Virus record (IMG/VR): IMGVR_UViG_3300033127_000028
Coordinates: 1-55,688 of that record
DNA length: 55,688 nt
Source: a virus
Direction: 5' to 3' (one strand)
A program made the translations under genes and the position numbers. Position 1 is the first letter of the stretch. Each line of letters starts with the position of its first letter. Below the pieces are notes generated by a model, which searched no databases, was not told where the DNA came from, and saw only the letters and a list, made by a program, of their open reading frames with translations. Below, one piece after another: positions 16,944 to 25,607 of the stretch.

Positions 16944-17792
16944 ATGGCAGGTTTAACACTTGGACAAACAGCAGACCTGACTCAAGATGTCCTTAGAAAA
17001 GGTGTCATTGAGACTATGGCTACTGAGTCAAAACTATTGGCAGTATTGCCTTTTATGAATATTGAAGGCTCAGGCTACTCTTACAATGTGGAGCAGTCTT
17101 TGGCAGATGTAGAATTTAGGGCAGTTAACACAAGCTATAACACTGTAGCACCTACTACTAAAAAGGAAACTGAGTTTCTTACTATCTTAGGTGGAGAGGC
17201 AGTAATTGATAGCTTTCAGATGGAAGTACACTCAAACATTAATGATCTAATGGCTATTGAAACAGCTTTAACTGCTAAGGCTATTGCTCATAAATATGAG
17301 AAAACTTTCATTAATGGTGATGTAGCTAAAGATGCTAACTCTTTCAATGGTCTTGTTAAGAGGGTTGCAGGTACATCTAATGAAATTGAAAACAGTGGCA
17401 ACCTAGTTGCAGACCTTGATGTACTTCTTGATGAGGTTCATGGTGGTGCTGATGCTCTTATCATGAATAAGAAAACTAGAAGGGAATTGACTGGGGAAGC
17501 AAGGACAGGTCAGATCACTTATGTTAAGAATGCATTTGGTGTACAAGTTACACAGTATGGCAATGTTGACATCATTGATCTTGATGCTGAGTTTATTCCT
17601 GATGGTGCTGTAATTGCTGTCAAGTTTGGAGCTAATGAGGCTGTGTCTGGTCTACAATCTAGGTCAGGTCTTTCTGTTAGGTCTCTTGGTGAGCTTGGTG
17701 AGTCTCCACAGATGAAAACAAGAATTGAGTGGTTTGTAGGTTTGGCTGTGTTCCATCCTAAGGCAGTTGTAATGAGAAAAGCTGCTGCTTAA
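16944..17792 (+). CDS. Major capsid protein
   Basis: 282 aa. Called from synteny after the scaffold gene, a strong RBS and a terminator downstream. Confidence 0.75.
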   Translation: MAGLTLGQTADLTQDVLRKGVIETMATESKLLAVLPFMNIEGSGYSYNVEQSLADVEFRAVNTSYNTVAPTTKKETEFLTILGGEAVIDSFQMEVHSNINDLMAIETALTAKAIAHKYEKTFINGDVAKDANSFNGLVKRVAGTSNEIENSGNLVADLDVLLDEVHGGADALIMNKKTRRELTGEARTGQITYVKNAFGVQVTQYGNVDIIDLDAEFIPDGAVIAVKFGANEAVSGLQSRSGLSVRSLGELGESPQMKTRIEWFVGLAVFHPKAVVMRKAAA

Positions 17793-17876
17793 TTCACATA
17801 GGAGGTAGGGCAGGGCAGGAGTATCCTGTCTTGTCCTCTTTTTTTGTATCTAAAAATATAGAGAGGGGCTAATAGA

Positions 17877-18098
17877 TTGGCAGTTAAATTGATTGTACCA
17901 AACAAGGGGTATTCTGAGACATTTCATGGAGTTGACTTTGTAGCAGGTGTAGGCATCTTTGAGGATGAGAAGCTAGGTAAGTCACTTGCTGAAACACTTG
18001 GCTATGAGGTGGAAGCAGTAAAGGATGAACCAAAGAAAGCACCTACAAAAAAAGCTCCTGCAAAGAAAGCACCTGTTAAGAAAAAAGAAACTGAGTAA
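17877..18098 (+). CDS. Small head-associated protein with a KKAP-repeat tail
   Basis: 73 aa with the C-terminus KKAPTKKAPAKKAPVKKKETE. TTG start. Confidence 0.45.
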   Translation: MAVKLIVPNKGYSETFHGVDFVAGVGIFEDEKLGKSLAETLGYEVEAVKDEPKKAPTKKAPAKKAPVKKKETE

Positions 18099-18112
18099 GG
18101 AGGTAGGTACTG

Positions 18113-18559
18113 ATGCTGACACAGGTAGAGGTAGGGCAGTACATTGATGAGAATGTGTTACACAGTAAGCTGTGGGATACATCTGAGGAATCAGTAAAGC
18201 AAAAAGCTGTCAATCAGGCTCAGCATACTTTATTTAGGTATCTACCTGATGTCTATAAAGTGGGAGAGGTAATCCCTGTAGAAGATGTGGCAGAGCAAGT
18301 GCTGTGGCTTCTTAAAATGGATGACTCCATGCAGAGAGCTGAAATGGGAACATTAATGATCACAGTTGATGGTATTCAGATTCAGCTTAAAGAAATGGAT
18401 AGGACTATCTCTCCTAAAATACTTAATTTTTATGGTATCTCAAGCATCAGGAGGAAGAAGGTAGGGAGCTATGCAGTACCTATCTCTGATACCTACAGAG
18501 CAGGCATTGAGGCTAAGACTGACAGACATGACAAGTATTCTAGGTTTAGGAGGTACTGA
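18113..18559 (+). CDS. Head-tail connector protein
   Basis: Synteny and size. Start/stop tightly coupled to the next gene. Confidence 0.5.
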   Translation: MLTQVEVGQYIDENVLHSKLWDTSEESVKQKAVNQAQHTLFRYLPDVYKVGEVIPVEDVAEQVLWLLKMDDSMQRAEMGTLMITVDGIQIQLKEMDRTISPKILNFYGISSIRRKKVGSYAVPISDTYRAGIEAKTDRHDKYSRFRRY

Positions 18560-18561
18560 CT

Positions 18562-18897
18562 ATGCTCTTAGGTTTTGTACCAATGCCACATAAGGCTAGT
18601 GTCATCAGTGCTGATGAGGCTCTTGATGAGTGGGGGCTTCCTGTTAGTACAGGAGTCTCTGAGCCTTATAAATGCAAGATCACATATAACAGTAATATGC
18701 AGAGTATACAGGTAGCCTCAGGTGAAATGGTTGTTTATCAAGCTAATATACTTTTTGAGGGCTTACCTAAGATTGAGTACAGTGACTTAATTGAGTGGGT
18801 GGATGACTGGGGTAATGTCCACAGCAAACAACCATTAAATATCCAGTACAAGCATGATCTAGCAGGCTCTCCTATTGCAGTTAAGGTTGTGGTTTAA
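18562..18897 (+). CDS. Head-tail adaptor / head closure protein
   Basis: Synteny. Start/stop abuts the flanking genes (consistent with translational coupling). Confidence 0.45.
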   Translation: MLLGFVPMPHKASVISADEALDEWGLPVSTGVSEPYKCKITYNSNMQSIQVASGEMVVYQANILFEGLPKIEYSDLIEWVDDWGNVHSKQPLNIQYKHDLAGSPIAVKVVV

Positions 18898-19326
18898 TTG
18901 GCAAGGTTTGGTGTAGAGGTTGAGTTTATTGATAAGACAAAGCTACTGAGAGGTAAGGTTAAAAAGGCTATGAAAGATGCTGTACTGGATGTCACATTAG
19001 ACATGAAAAAAGTTGCATCAGCCTCAGCACCTCATGCCAGTGGATTCCTAGAGAAAAATGCTCAGCATAATATCTCAGTGGCTAGTCAATATGTAGAGGG
19101 TTCTGTAAGCTTCTCAGCTATGCATAGAGGGTTTAACTATGCTAAGTGGACACATGATGCTAATTACAAGCTAGGTGATAAGTCTAAGAAGAAAAGTGGA
19201 GGTAAGTCTAAGTTTGGCTCAGGTACAGTGCCTGTAGGTAAGGGGTACTTAGAAAACACACTTTCTATAAATAAGGCAGGTTACTTAAATCATCTAGCAG
19301 AGGCTTATAGGGATGCTCTCAGTTAG
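18898..19326 (+). CDS. HK97 gp10-like tail-joining protein
   Basis: The N-terminus MARFGVEVEF...KVKKAMKDAVLDV is typical of the gp10 family. Confidence 0.55.
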   Translation: MARFGVEVEFIDKTKLLRGKVKKAMKDAVLDVTLDMKKVASASAPHASGFLEKNAQHNISVASQYVEGSVSFSAMHRGFNYAKWTHDANYKLGDKSKKKSGGKSKFGSGTVPVGKGYLENTLSINKAGYLNHLAEAYRDALS

Positions 19327-19339
19327 GAGGAGGTAGCTG

Positions 19340-19702
19340 ATGAGTATTACAGATTTAGTAAACTTCCTAAAGCTGAAAGGGTTTGAGGATGTGGAGATTT
19401 ACCCATTATCCTTCCCTGCCTCCTCCCCTAACAGGTCAATGCTTGTGGAGACTGGGGATGGCACTCAAGCTAAAGGGGTTTTATCTGATTTTGTTTTAAC
19501 TATCACAGTAAGAGACATTCATCCTAGTAAGGCTGAGGAGTTGGCTGCTGATGTTCTTGAAAAGTTACATGGTATCACTGGTGAGTATATTGGTGAGACA
19601 TATGTAGTTCTAATTAAGGCGCAGTCACCACTACCTGCCTTTCTAGGTAAGGATGAGGAAAATAGATATTTTTACTCTGTCAATTTGAGAGTCCTAGTTT
19701 AA
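19340..19702 (+). CDS. Tail completion / terminator protein
   Basis: Synteny, immediately before the major tail gene. Confidence 0.45.
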   Translation: MSITDLVNFLKLKGFEDVEIYPLSFPASSPNRSMLVETGDGTQAKGVLSDFVLTITVRDIHPSKAEELAADVLEKLHGITGEYIGETYVVLIKAQSPLPAFLGKDEENRYFYSVNLRVLV

Positions 19703-19749
19703 ATGCTAGTGACTCTTTTTTTGTTGGAGAAATTTGAGGAGGAAATAGA

Positions 19750-20196
19750 ATGGCAGAAGTAGCTAAAAAGGTTGCAGGTGTAGATGTCCTGTTAAAGATT
19801 AAGAAAACTGATGGGCAAACATTAATTTTAGGTGGACAAACAGGAGCAACCCTTAACAGGGAAGCAGAGACAATGGAAGTAACAGACAAGACATCAGGTG
19901 GATGGGCTTCTAGCTTGCCTGGCATTAAATCATGGAGTATTGATGCTGATGGATTTGTAGTACTAGGGGATGCTGCTCTTGAGGCTGTAGAGGAGGCATT
20001 TAATGAGAGAGTACCTGTAGAGGCAGAGATCAGGGTTGGTGCTACAGATGATCTTGATGGAGTCACTTACAGTGGTACAGGCTACATTGTAGACCTTCCT
20101 TTAGAGTTTGCTCAAGATGACGCAGTTACTTACTCTTTATCCATTGAAGGTGCTACACCTCTTGTAAGGGAAAAAGGTGCAGTATCTGCTGAGTAA
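19750..20196 (+). CDS. Major tail protein (TP901-1-like)
   Basis: GVDVLLKIKK...LGGQTGATLNREAETMEVTDKTS pattern, plus position. Confidence 0.7.
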   Translation: MAEVAKKVAGVDVLLKIKKTDGQTLILGGQTGATLNREAETMEVTDKTSGGWASSLPGIKSWSIDADGFVVLGDAALEAVEEAFNERVPVEAEIRVGATDDLDGVTYSGTGYIVDLPLEFAQDDAVTYSLSIEGATPLVREKGAVSAE

Positions 20197-20293
20197 TCTC
20201 AATTAGTCACTTTAAAAAAGAATATCTAGTTAGACATAAAGGGGAGTAGGGCATATGCCTTGCTTCCAATTTTTTATTATAGGAGGAAATAGG

Positions 20294-20593
20294 ATGGCTA
20301 TTAAAACAGTAGATGTAATGTTAGATAAAGAGAGAAAACTTGCTTTTCCAATTATGTCATTAATCAGGTTAAAGAAAGAGCATGGTATTCAGTTAAAGGA
20401 CTTACAGGATAAGGAAAAAGCTGAGGATATGGAGACTATCTTAGCTATCATTTGGGCAGGTCTTGTACATGAAGAACCTGAGTTAACTATGGATGAGGTT
20501 GGTTACATGATTGATATTACTGAATTGCCAACTATCTCAGAAAAATTATCTGAGGTCTTTCAAGGAATGAATGAAAAAAACTTACAAAAGTAA
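20294..20593 (+). CDS. Tail assembly chaperone (G form)
   Basis: ATG 20294 after GGAGG. Located between the major tail and tape measure genes. Confidence 0.7.
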   Translation: MAIKTVDVMLDKERKLAFPIMSLIRLKKEHGIQLKDLQDKEKAEDMETILAIIWAGLVHEEPELTMDEVGYMIDITELPTISEKLSEVFQGMNEKNLQK

Positions 20594-20964
20594 GCATAGG
20601 TAATCTTGATATAGAGACTATCTTCAAGTATGGCTATGGCTTACTGAAACTAGATCAGCAGACCCTCTACTCTATGGATGTCTTTGAGTTCCTTGAAAGG
20701 GTAGAAGGTAATCTGCTTTGGCATGAGTATCAATTAGATGAGCTACTTAATAATCAAGCTTGGTTTACAGCTAACTTGATGATGTCAGGTGGTAACATGA
20801 AGAAATCCACTGATGCTATGAAGCTCAAAAAAGGTCTTTATAAATCACTGGAAGATGTTGAGGAAGAAAAAACACCTAAGGTGAAAAAGGTTAAAGACTA
20901 TGAGGCTGAAAAGGCTAAGCTTCTCAAGAGGTTTGACCTTCCTGCCTCACAATTAAATAGCTGA
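20294..20964 (+). CDS. Tail assembly chaperone G-T frameshift fusion
   Basis: The -1 frame from 20581 (LTKVSIGNLDIETIF...) has no stops and runs into the track ORF 20674..20964. Confidence 0.6.
20575..20581 (+). promoter_or_regulatory. -1 programmed frameshift slippery heptamer A_AAA_AAC
   Basis: In the zero frame: GA|A AAA AAC. The -1 frame is open from 20581 through 20964. Confidence 0.7.
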
Positions 20965-21060
20965 TTACTTGAGAGCTGTTGCTAAGAGAATAAACCCTCT
21001 AGGCAATGGCTCTCTTTTTTGTATCAAAAATATATCAAAAGATAAAGGTAGGTGGTTTAA

Positions 21061-23862
21061 ATGGCTAGTGCAGGTGAATTAGTTGCTCATATTACACTAG
21101 GAGGCATGGATGCTGTAGAGAGGCAGCTTAAAAGCTTTAGTCAAAGCATGTCAGGTGCTGCCAAGAAAGTCAGTGCTATTGGTGCGTCACTCAGAGAAGC
21201 AGGTGAGGGCTTTAATGAGTTAGGTGAAAACATTGCACCTCTTTCAGCAGGTCTTATTGCTATTGGGGGTGCTTCTGTAGCTGCCTCTGACAATATTAAC
21301 ACTGCCCTGAATAACTTTAAGACAAAGCTAGGAGCATCAGGTGCTGAGCTAAACAAGTATCAGACAGTGATGGAGGAAGTAGGTCACACAGGTGTAGGTT
21401 CATTTGAAGATGTATCTAATGGTATTGTCAAAGTTACTCAGAACATGAAAGGGCTATCTGACAGTGAGCTGTCTGCTGTAACTGAGCAGGCAATTCAGTT
21501 GGGAAATGTTATGGATTCTGATGTAGGAGAAGTGTCTAAGACAGCAGGGCAATTGATGAAACAGTTTGGCATCAGTGGTCAGGAAGCTATGGACTTAATG
21601 GCTCAAGGTTTTCAGAATAACATGGACTATGCAGGTGACTATCAGGATACCCTCAATGAGTACTCTGTGTACTTCAAAAACTTAGGATTCAATGCAGAGG
21701 ACATGTTTAATACCTTAATTTCAGGAGCTGAGGCAGGTGCTTTCAACTTAGATAAAGTTGGTGATGCTGTCAAGGAGTTTGGAATCAGGTCTAAAGATGG
21801 CTCAGACTCTACTAAAGAAGCTTTCAAAGATTTAGGGCTTGATGCAGATAAAATGACCCAATCATTTGCTAATGGTGGAGAAGGGGCTAAAAAATCCTAT
21901 GCTCAAGTAGTACAAGCTCTGTCAGGTGTAGAAGATCAGGCAGAAAGAAATGCTATTGGAGTTTCCTTGTTTGGTACTCAATATGAGGACATGGAAAAGG
22001 ATGTAATTGCTTCTACAGGTAAAATCACAGACCATATGGGGAATGTTGATGGTAAAGGTGCTGAGTTAGCTGAGAATAATAAAACCTTTGCACAGGAAAT
22101 GCAAGGAGCTTGGAATGATATTCAGGTAGCTATCAAGCCAATTGGGGATACTTTGAGGAGTGCCATTGCTGATGTTATGCCAACAATTGTCTCTGCTGTG
22201 CAAAGTATGTCCTCAGCTTTCCAAAACTTATCACCTACTACACAAAAAGTGGTTCTAGGTATTGCTGCTTTTGTTGCTATACTTCCTGCTATTCTTATTG
22301 GTATTGGTGGCATCTTGTCAGTATTCTCTGTTTTTGCCACAGGTCTAGGAGCTGTTATGAATGGATTTAGTCTGCTTGCTACAGGTATTACTAAGTTTAT
22401 GCAGGTTCTTAGGTTAGTTGGTGTTGCCTTCAGAGCATTATCAGCTTTATTTATGGCTAACCCATTCATGCTGATTATTGCAGGTATTGTGATTGTGGCA
22501 GTACTGATCTATCAATACTGGGATCAGATTGTAGCAGCTACAATGGCTGTGTGGGGAGTATTAACCTCATGGTTCTCTGCTTTTTGGGATGGCTTGAAAG
22601 CTTTAGTTATGGTTTTTGTTAATGCATTCATGGCTTACTTTAATTTTGTTGTAGCATTTTGGTCTGCAATTTGGTCAGGTGTGGTTGCTGTGTTTACTGC
22701 AATTTGGTCAACCTTAGCACCATTCTTTACAGCCATTTGGTCAGGTCTATCTGCCGTGGTTTCTACAGTTTTCTCAGCAATTGTCACTGTCATTCAAGTT
22801 GCATGGAATGTGATCAAGACTGTTTTCCTTGTTGCTCTAGGAATACTGCTTACACTTCTACAGCCTTTCTATAATGGTTTTGTAGCCATTTGGAATGCTT
22901 TAGTATCCATTGTATCTGCTGTAATGAGTAAGATTAAGTCATGGGTAGGTACAGTGATTAACTGGATAATCTCAGCTTGGAAAAAGTACATTAATGCTGT
23001 CAGGGTAGTGTGGAATGCTATTTACAATAATGTTATTAAGCCAGTCATTGACAAGATTAAGTCTATTGTAGCTACATTGGTTGCAAAAGCCACTCAAGTA
23101 ATGAATACAGTTAAAGCTGCATTTAGAGCTGCTTGGAATTTTGTGTATAACAATGTAGTAAAGCCTGTGATTGACAAGATCAAGTCAATTGTAGCCACAG
23201 TATCAGCTAAGGTGCAGTCCATCATGGCTAAGGTGAAATCCATCTTTACTAGCATTTGGAATGCAATTAAATCAGTTGTCATGGGTGTCATTAAGGGCAT
23301 CATTTCAGTTATCATGACCATTGTTAATAAGGTTAATTCCATTACCTCAAAAGTAAGAGGATTCTTTGTAAATGCTTTTAATGCTATCAAGTCCAAAGTA
23401 GGCAGCATTATTGGTGGCTTAATTGGCAAGATCACTGGAATATGGGATAAGGCTAGATCAGTAGCCAACAACATTAAGTCAGCTTTCGCTAATCTGTTTG
23501 GAAAGATCAAAATTCCATCATTCTCTATGGGTGGATGGAAAATGTCTGACCTACCAAAGTTACCTAAACTGTCTATCAAGTGGCACGCAAAGGGTGGTAT
23601 CTTGGATAGCTCTACACTAATTGGAGCAGGTGAGAAGGGAGCAGAGGCAATTGTACCACTAAGCTCTCAAAGAAGAATGAAGCCATTTGCTCAAGCAGTG
23701 AGTAAGTTTATGCCTGAGTCTACAAAAGGTGGTTCTAATACTTCTATTCATGTTGGTCAGTTGGTAGTAAGAGAGGAAGCAGATATACAGAGAGTTGCAC
23801 AAGAGCTGAATAGACTGCAAGAGAAGAAGGAGAGGGCTAGAGGTAGACTCTCCTTTAGTTAA
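21061..23862 (+). CDS. Tape measure protein
   Basis: 933 aa with a TM/Trp-rich central region and tandem repeats NNV(I/V)KPVIDKIKSIVAT. Confidence 0.9.
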   Translation: MASAGELVAHITLGGMDAVERQLKSFSQSMSGAAKKVSAIGASLREAGEGFNELGENIAPLSAGLIAIGGASVAASDNINTALNNFKTKLGASGAELNKYQTVMEEVGHTGVGSFEDVSNGIVKVTQNMKGLSDSELSAVTEQAIQLGNVMDSDVGEVSKTAGQLMKQFGISGQEAMDLMAQGFQNNMDYAGDYQDTLNEYSVYFKNLGFNAEDMFNTLISGAEAGAFNLDKVGDAVKEFGIRSKDGSDSTKEAFKDLGLDADKMTQSFANGGEGAKKSYAQVVQALSGVEDQAERNAIGVSLFGTQYEDMEKDVIASTGKITDHMGNVDGKGAELAENNKTFAQEMQGAWNDIQVAIKPIGDTLRSAIADVMPTIVSAVQSMSSAFQNLSPTTQKVVLGIAAFVAILPAILIGIGGILSVFSVFATGLGAVMNGFSLLATGITKFMQVLRLVGVAFRALSALFMANPFMLIIAGIVIVAVLIYQYWDQIVAATMAVWGVLTSWFSAFWDGLKALVMVFVNAFMAYFNFVVAFWSAIWSGVVAVFTAIWSTLAPFFTAIWSGLSAVVSTVFSAIVTVIQVAWNVIKTVFLVALGILLTLLQPFYNGFVAIWNALVSIVSAVMSKIKSWVGTVINWIISAWKKYINAVRVVWNAIYNNVIKPVIDKIKSIVATLVAKATQVMNTVKAAFRAAWNFVYNNVVKPVIDKIKSIVATVSAKVQSIMAKVKSIFTSIWNAIKSVVMGVIKGIISVIMTIVNKVNSITSKVRGFFVNAFNAIKSKVGSIIGGLIGKITGIWDKARSVANNIKSAFANLFGKIKIPSFSMGGWKMSDLPKLPKLSIKWHAKGGILDSSTLIGAGEKGAEAIVPLSSQRRMKPFAQAVSKFMPESTKGGSNTSIHVGQLVVREEADIQRVAQELNRLQEKKERARGRLSFS

Positions 23863-23920
23863 TCAATGAGCCTGAGGGGTTAGTACCCTTTGGGCTTTTT
23901 AATTTATAGGAGGATGAAAC

Positions 23921-25594
23921 ATGGCAGAATTTACAGGCATTCTATTTAATGAGAGACCTTTACCTGACTTTGTAAGGGTAATTGCTGTTAATCACAGCAT
24001 TTTACCTCCTGTCAGTCAAAATACCATTACAGTGAGTGGTAAAGCAGGTGCTTATGACTTTGGGAACACTTTAGGAACAAGAGAAATCAGCATTGATGTG
24101 GTTATTGTAGCTCCTGAGGAGAATGTAATGCCTAAACTTTTAGAGCAGCTATCAGCATGGCTTTACTATGATGAAGAAAAAGAGCTTATCTTAGGTGATA
24201 ACTCAAACAGATACTATAGGGCAAAGTTTACAGGAGACTCTGACATTAAGGAGTCTTTTTTATATGGTGAAGGCACTTTAACTTTCACATGCTCTGACCC
24301 TTACATCTATGGACTGGAAAGAGAGTACCTTATACCTGAGGACTATAGTGGTGACATTATTGAGCTGACTAATACAGGTAACTCTGAGACATTCCCTCAG
24401 ATGAGTTTTGAGCTTACTCAGGATGTTACTAATTTCTCTGTAGTAGCAGGTGAGGACTTCATTGACTTAGGTACTCCATTCAGTGTGGATGATAACACAG
24501 ACAGTAAAGTAGATGCAGGTGGTTGGGCATTAAAAGATTATCTCAAGTCTCTGAATGGGTGGACTGTACCTGCCTCTCAGCATGGGGGCATTTTAACAGG
24601 CTCTATGGAGGTCTATGGAAATGTAGAAGTAAGGCAGGCAGGGTTAGATTATGGCACAGGCTCAGCATGGCATGGTGCTTCTATTGTTAAACCTTTGGCT
24701 CAGTCTGTTACTAACTTTGAGTCTCAGTACACATTTAGGATTGATACTGATGCCAATGTAAGATATGTGGGTACTGTAGTACCTAAAGGAAATCTGCTCA
24801 TGAGGACAGGAGCCTCCACTAAGTACAAGAATAAGGGCATAGCTGCTAAAGGTAAGACTTATAATGTGCTGCAAAAGACTAAAAATGGATGGTTAAAGCT
24901 GCAAAATGGTTATTACATTCCTAACAGTAAGAGTCTTGTCACTTTTACTCCTGAGGCATACAAGGTAGACAAAATGGGGAGAAATCAATTTATGCTGAAT
25001 GACAGCAATGGGTATCCAGTCTTTGTTGCATCAGTCAGGGATGCCACAGCTAAGTCAAGAAATCTAAGGGCAGAGGTTGTGCTTATCAATGGCTCTAAGA
25101 AAAAGGTCATTTTAGATAAAGTTGTTCCTAGTACTGATAATAATTTAGATGGTTATTGGTTGGTTAAGAGGAGTAAAAATGTATGGCAGGTCAGTCTTTA
25201 TAATGACAATGGAAAAGGAGGCTATAAAAGGCTATTCCATGTTAGGTGGGCTGATACAGCTAAAACATACAGCAGAGCAGTCTCACAAGCACAGATAGGG
25301 GTAATGGCTTACAAGACTAATACTGCTACTTATATGGCTTGTAAAGACATCAGAGTAAAAACCTTGGATAAACAGATTAAAACTGATGATATACCCTTGA
25401 TTTTGAGGGCAGGGGATGTCCTTAGTATTGACAATGAAACTGGGGCAATTCTGAAAAATGGTCAGCCATTCTATGAGTACTTAAACCCTGCAAGCACCTT
25501 CATTAAGCTGAGGAGTGGGGAGAGTGGTCTAGTAGTAGCTCCATATGATGCCTTTACTAATGGCTCAGTGTCTTACACAGAAAGAACATTATAA
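23921..25594 (+). CDS. Distal tail protein (Dit) with an inserted SH3-like domain
   Basis: The N-terminus is siphovirus-tail-family-like. The insertion LMRTGASTKYKNKGIAAKGKTYNVLQKTKNGWLKLQNGYYI is SH3b-like. Confidence 0.75.
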   Translation: MAEFTGILFNERPLPDFVRVIAVNHSILPPVSQNTITVSGKAGAYDFGNTLGTREISIDVVIVAPEENVMPKLLEQLSAWLYYDEEKELILGDNSNRYYRAKFTGDSDIKESFLYGEGTLTFTCSDPYIYGLEREYLIPEDYSGDIIELTNTGNSETFPQMSFELTQDVTNFSVVAGEDFIDLGTPFSVDDNTDSKVDAGGWALKDYLKSLNGWTVPASQHGGILTGSMEVYGNVEVRQAGLDYGTGSAWHGASIVKPLAQSVTNFESQYTFRIDTDANVRYVGTVVPKGNLLMRTGASTKYKNKGIAAKGKTYNVLQKTKNGWLKLQNGYYIPNSKSLVTFTPEAYKVDKMGRNQFMLNDSNGYPVFVASVRDATAKSRNLRAEVVLINGSKKKVILDKVVPSTDNNLDGYWLVKRSKNVWQVSLYNDNGKGGYKRLFHVRWADTAKTYSRAVSQAQIGVMAYKTNTATYMACKDIRVKTLDKQIKTDDIPLILRAGDVLSIDNETGAILKNGQPFYEYLNPASTFIKLRSGESGLVVAPYDAFTNGSVSYTERTL

Positions 25595-25607
25595 GGAGTG
25601 ACTATTA

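Noticed and set aside
21141-23579. Several antisense ORFs inside the tape measure gene: 21141, 21642, 22122 and 23094 on the - strand, and 22659 on the + strand in another frame.
   Set aside because: These are typical shadow ORFs of a long, compositionally biased gene. The same reasoning applies to the other antisense or alternate-frame track ORFs: 710, 1623, 4570, 7656, 9961, 10691, 11412, 11791, 13691, 13977, 14333, 14993, 15863, 16142, 16215, 17982, 19680, 24662, 26007, 26054, 27022, 27617, 28223, 28294, 28820, 31127, 31388, 34443, 35941, 39540, 41863, 42407, 42640, 42972, 44072, 45452, 47254, 47989, 48419, 48531, 50476, 51151, 51811, 53100 and 54696.
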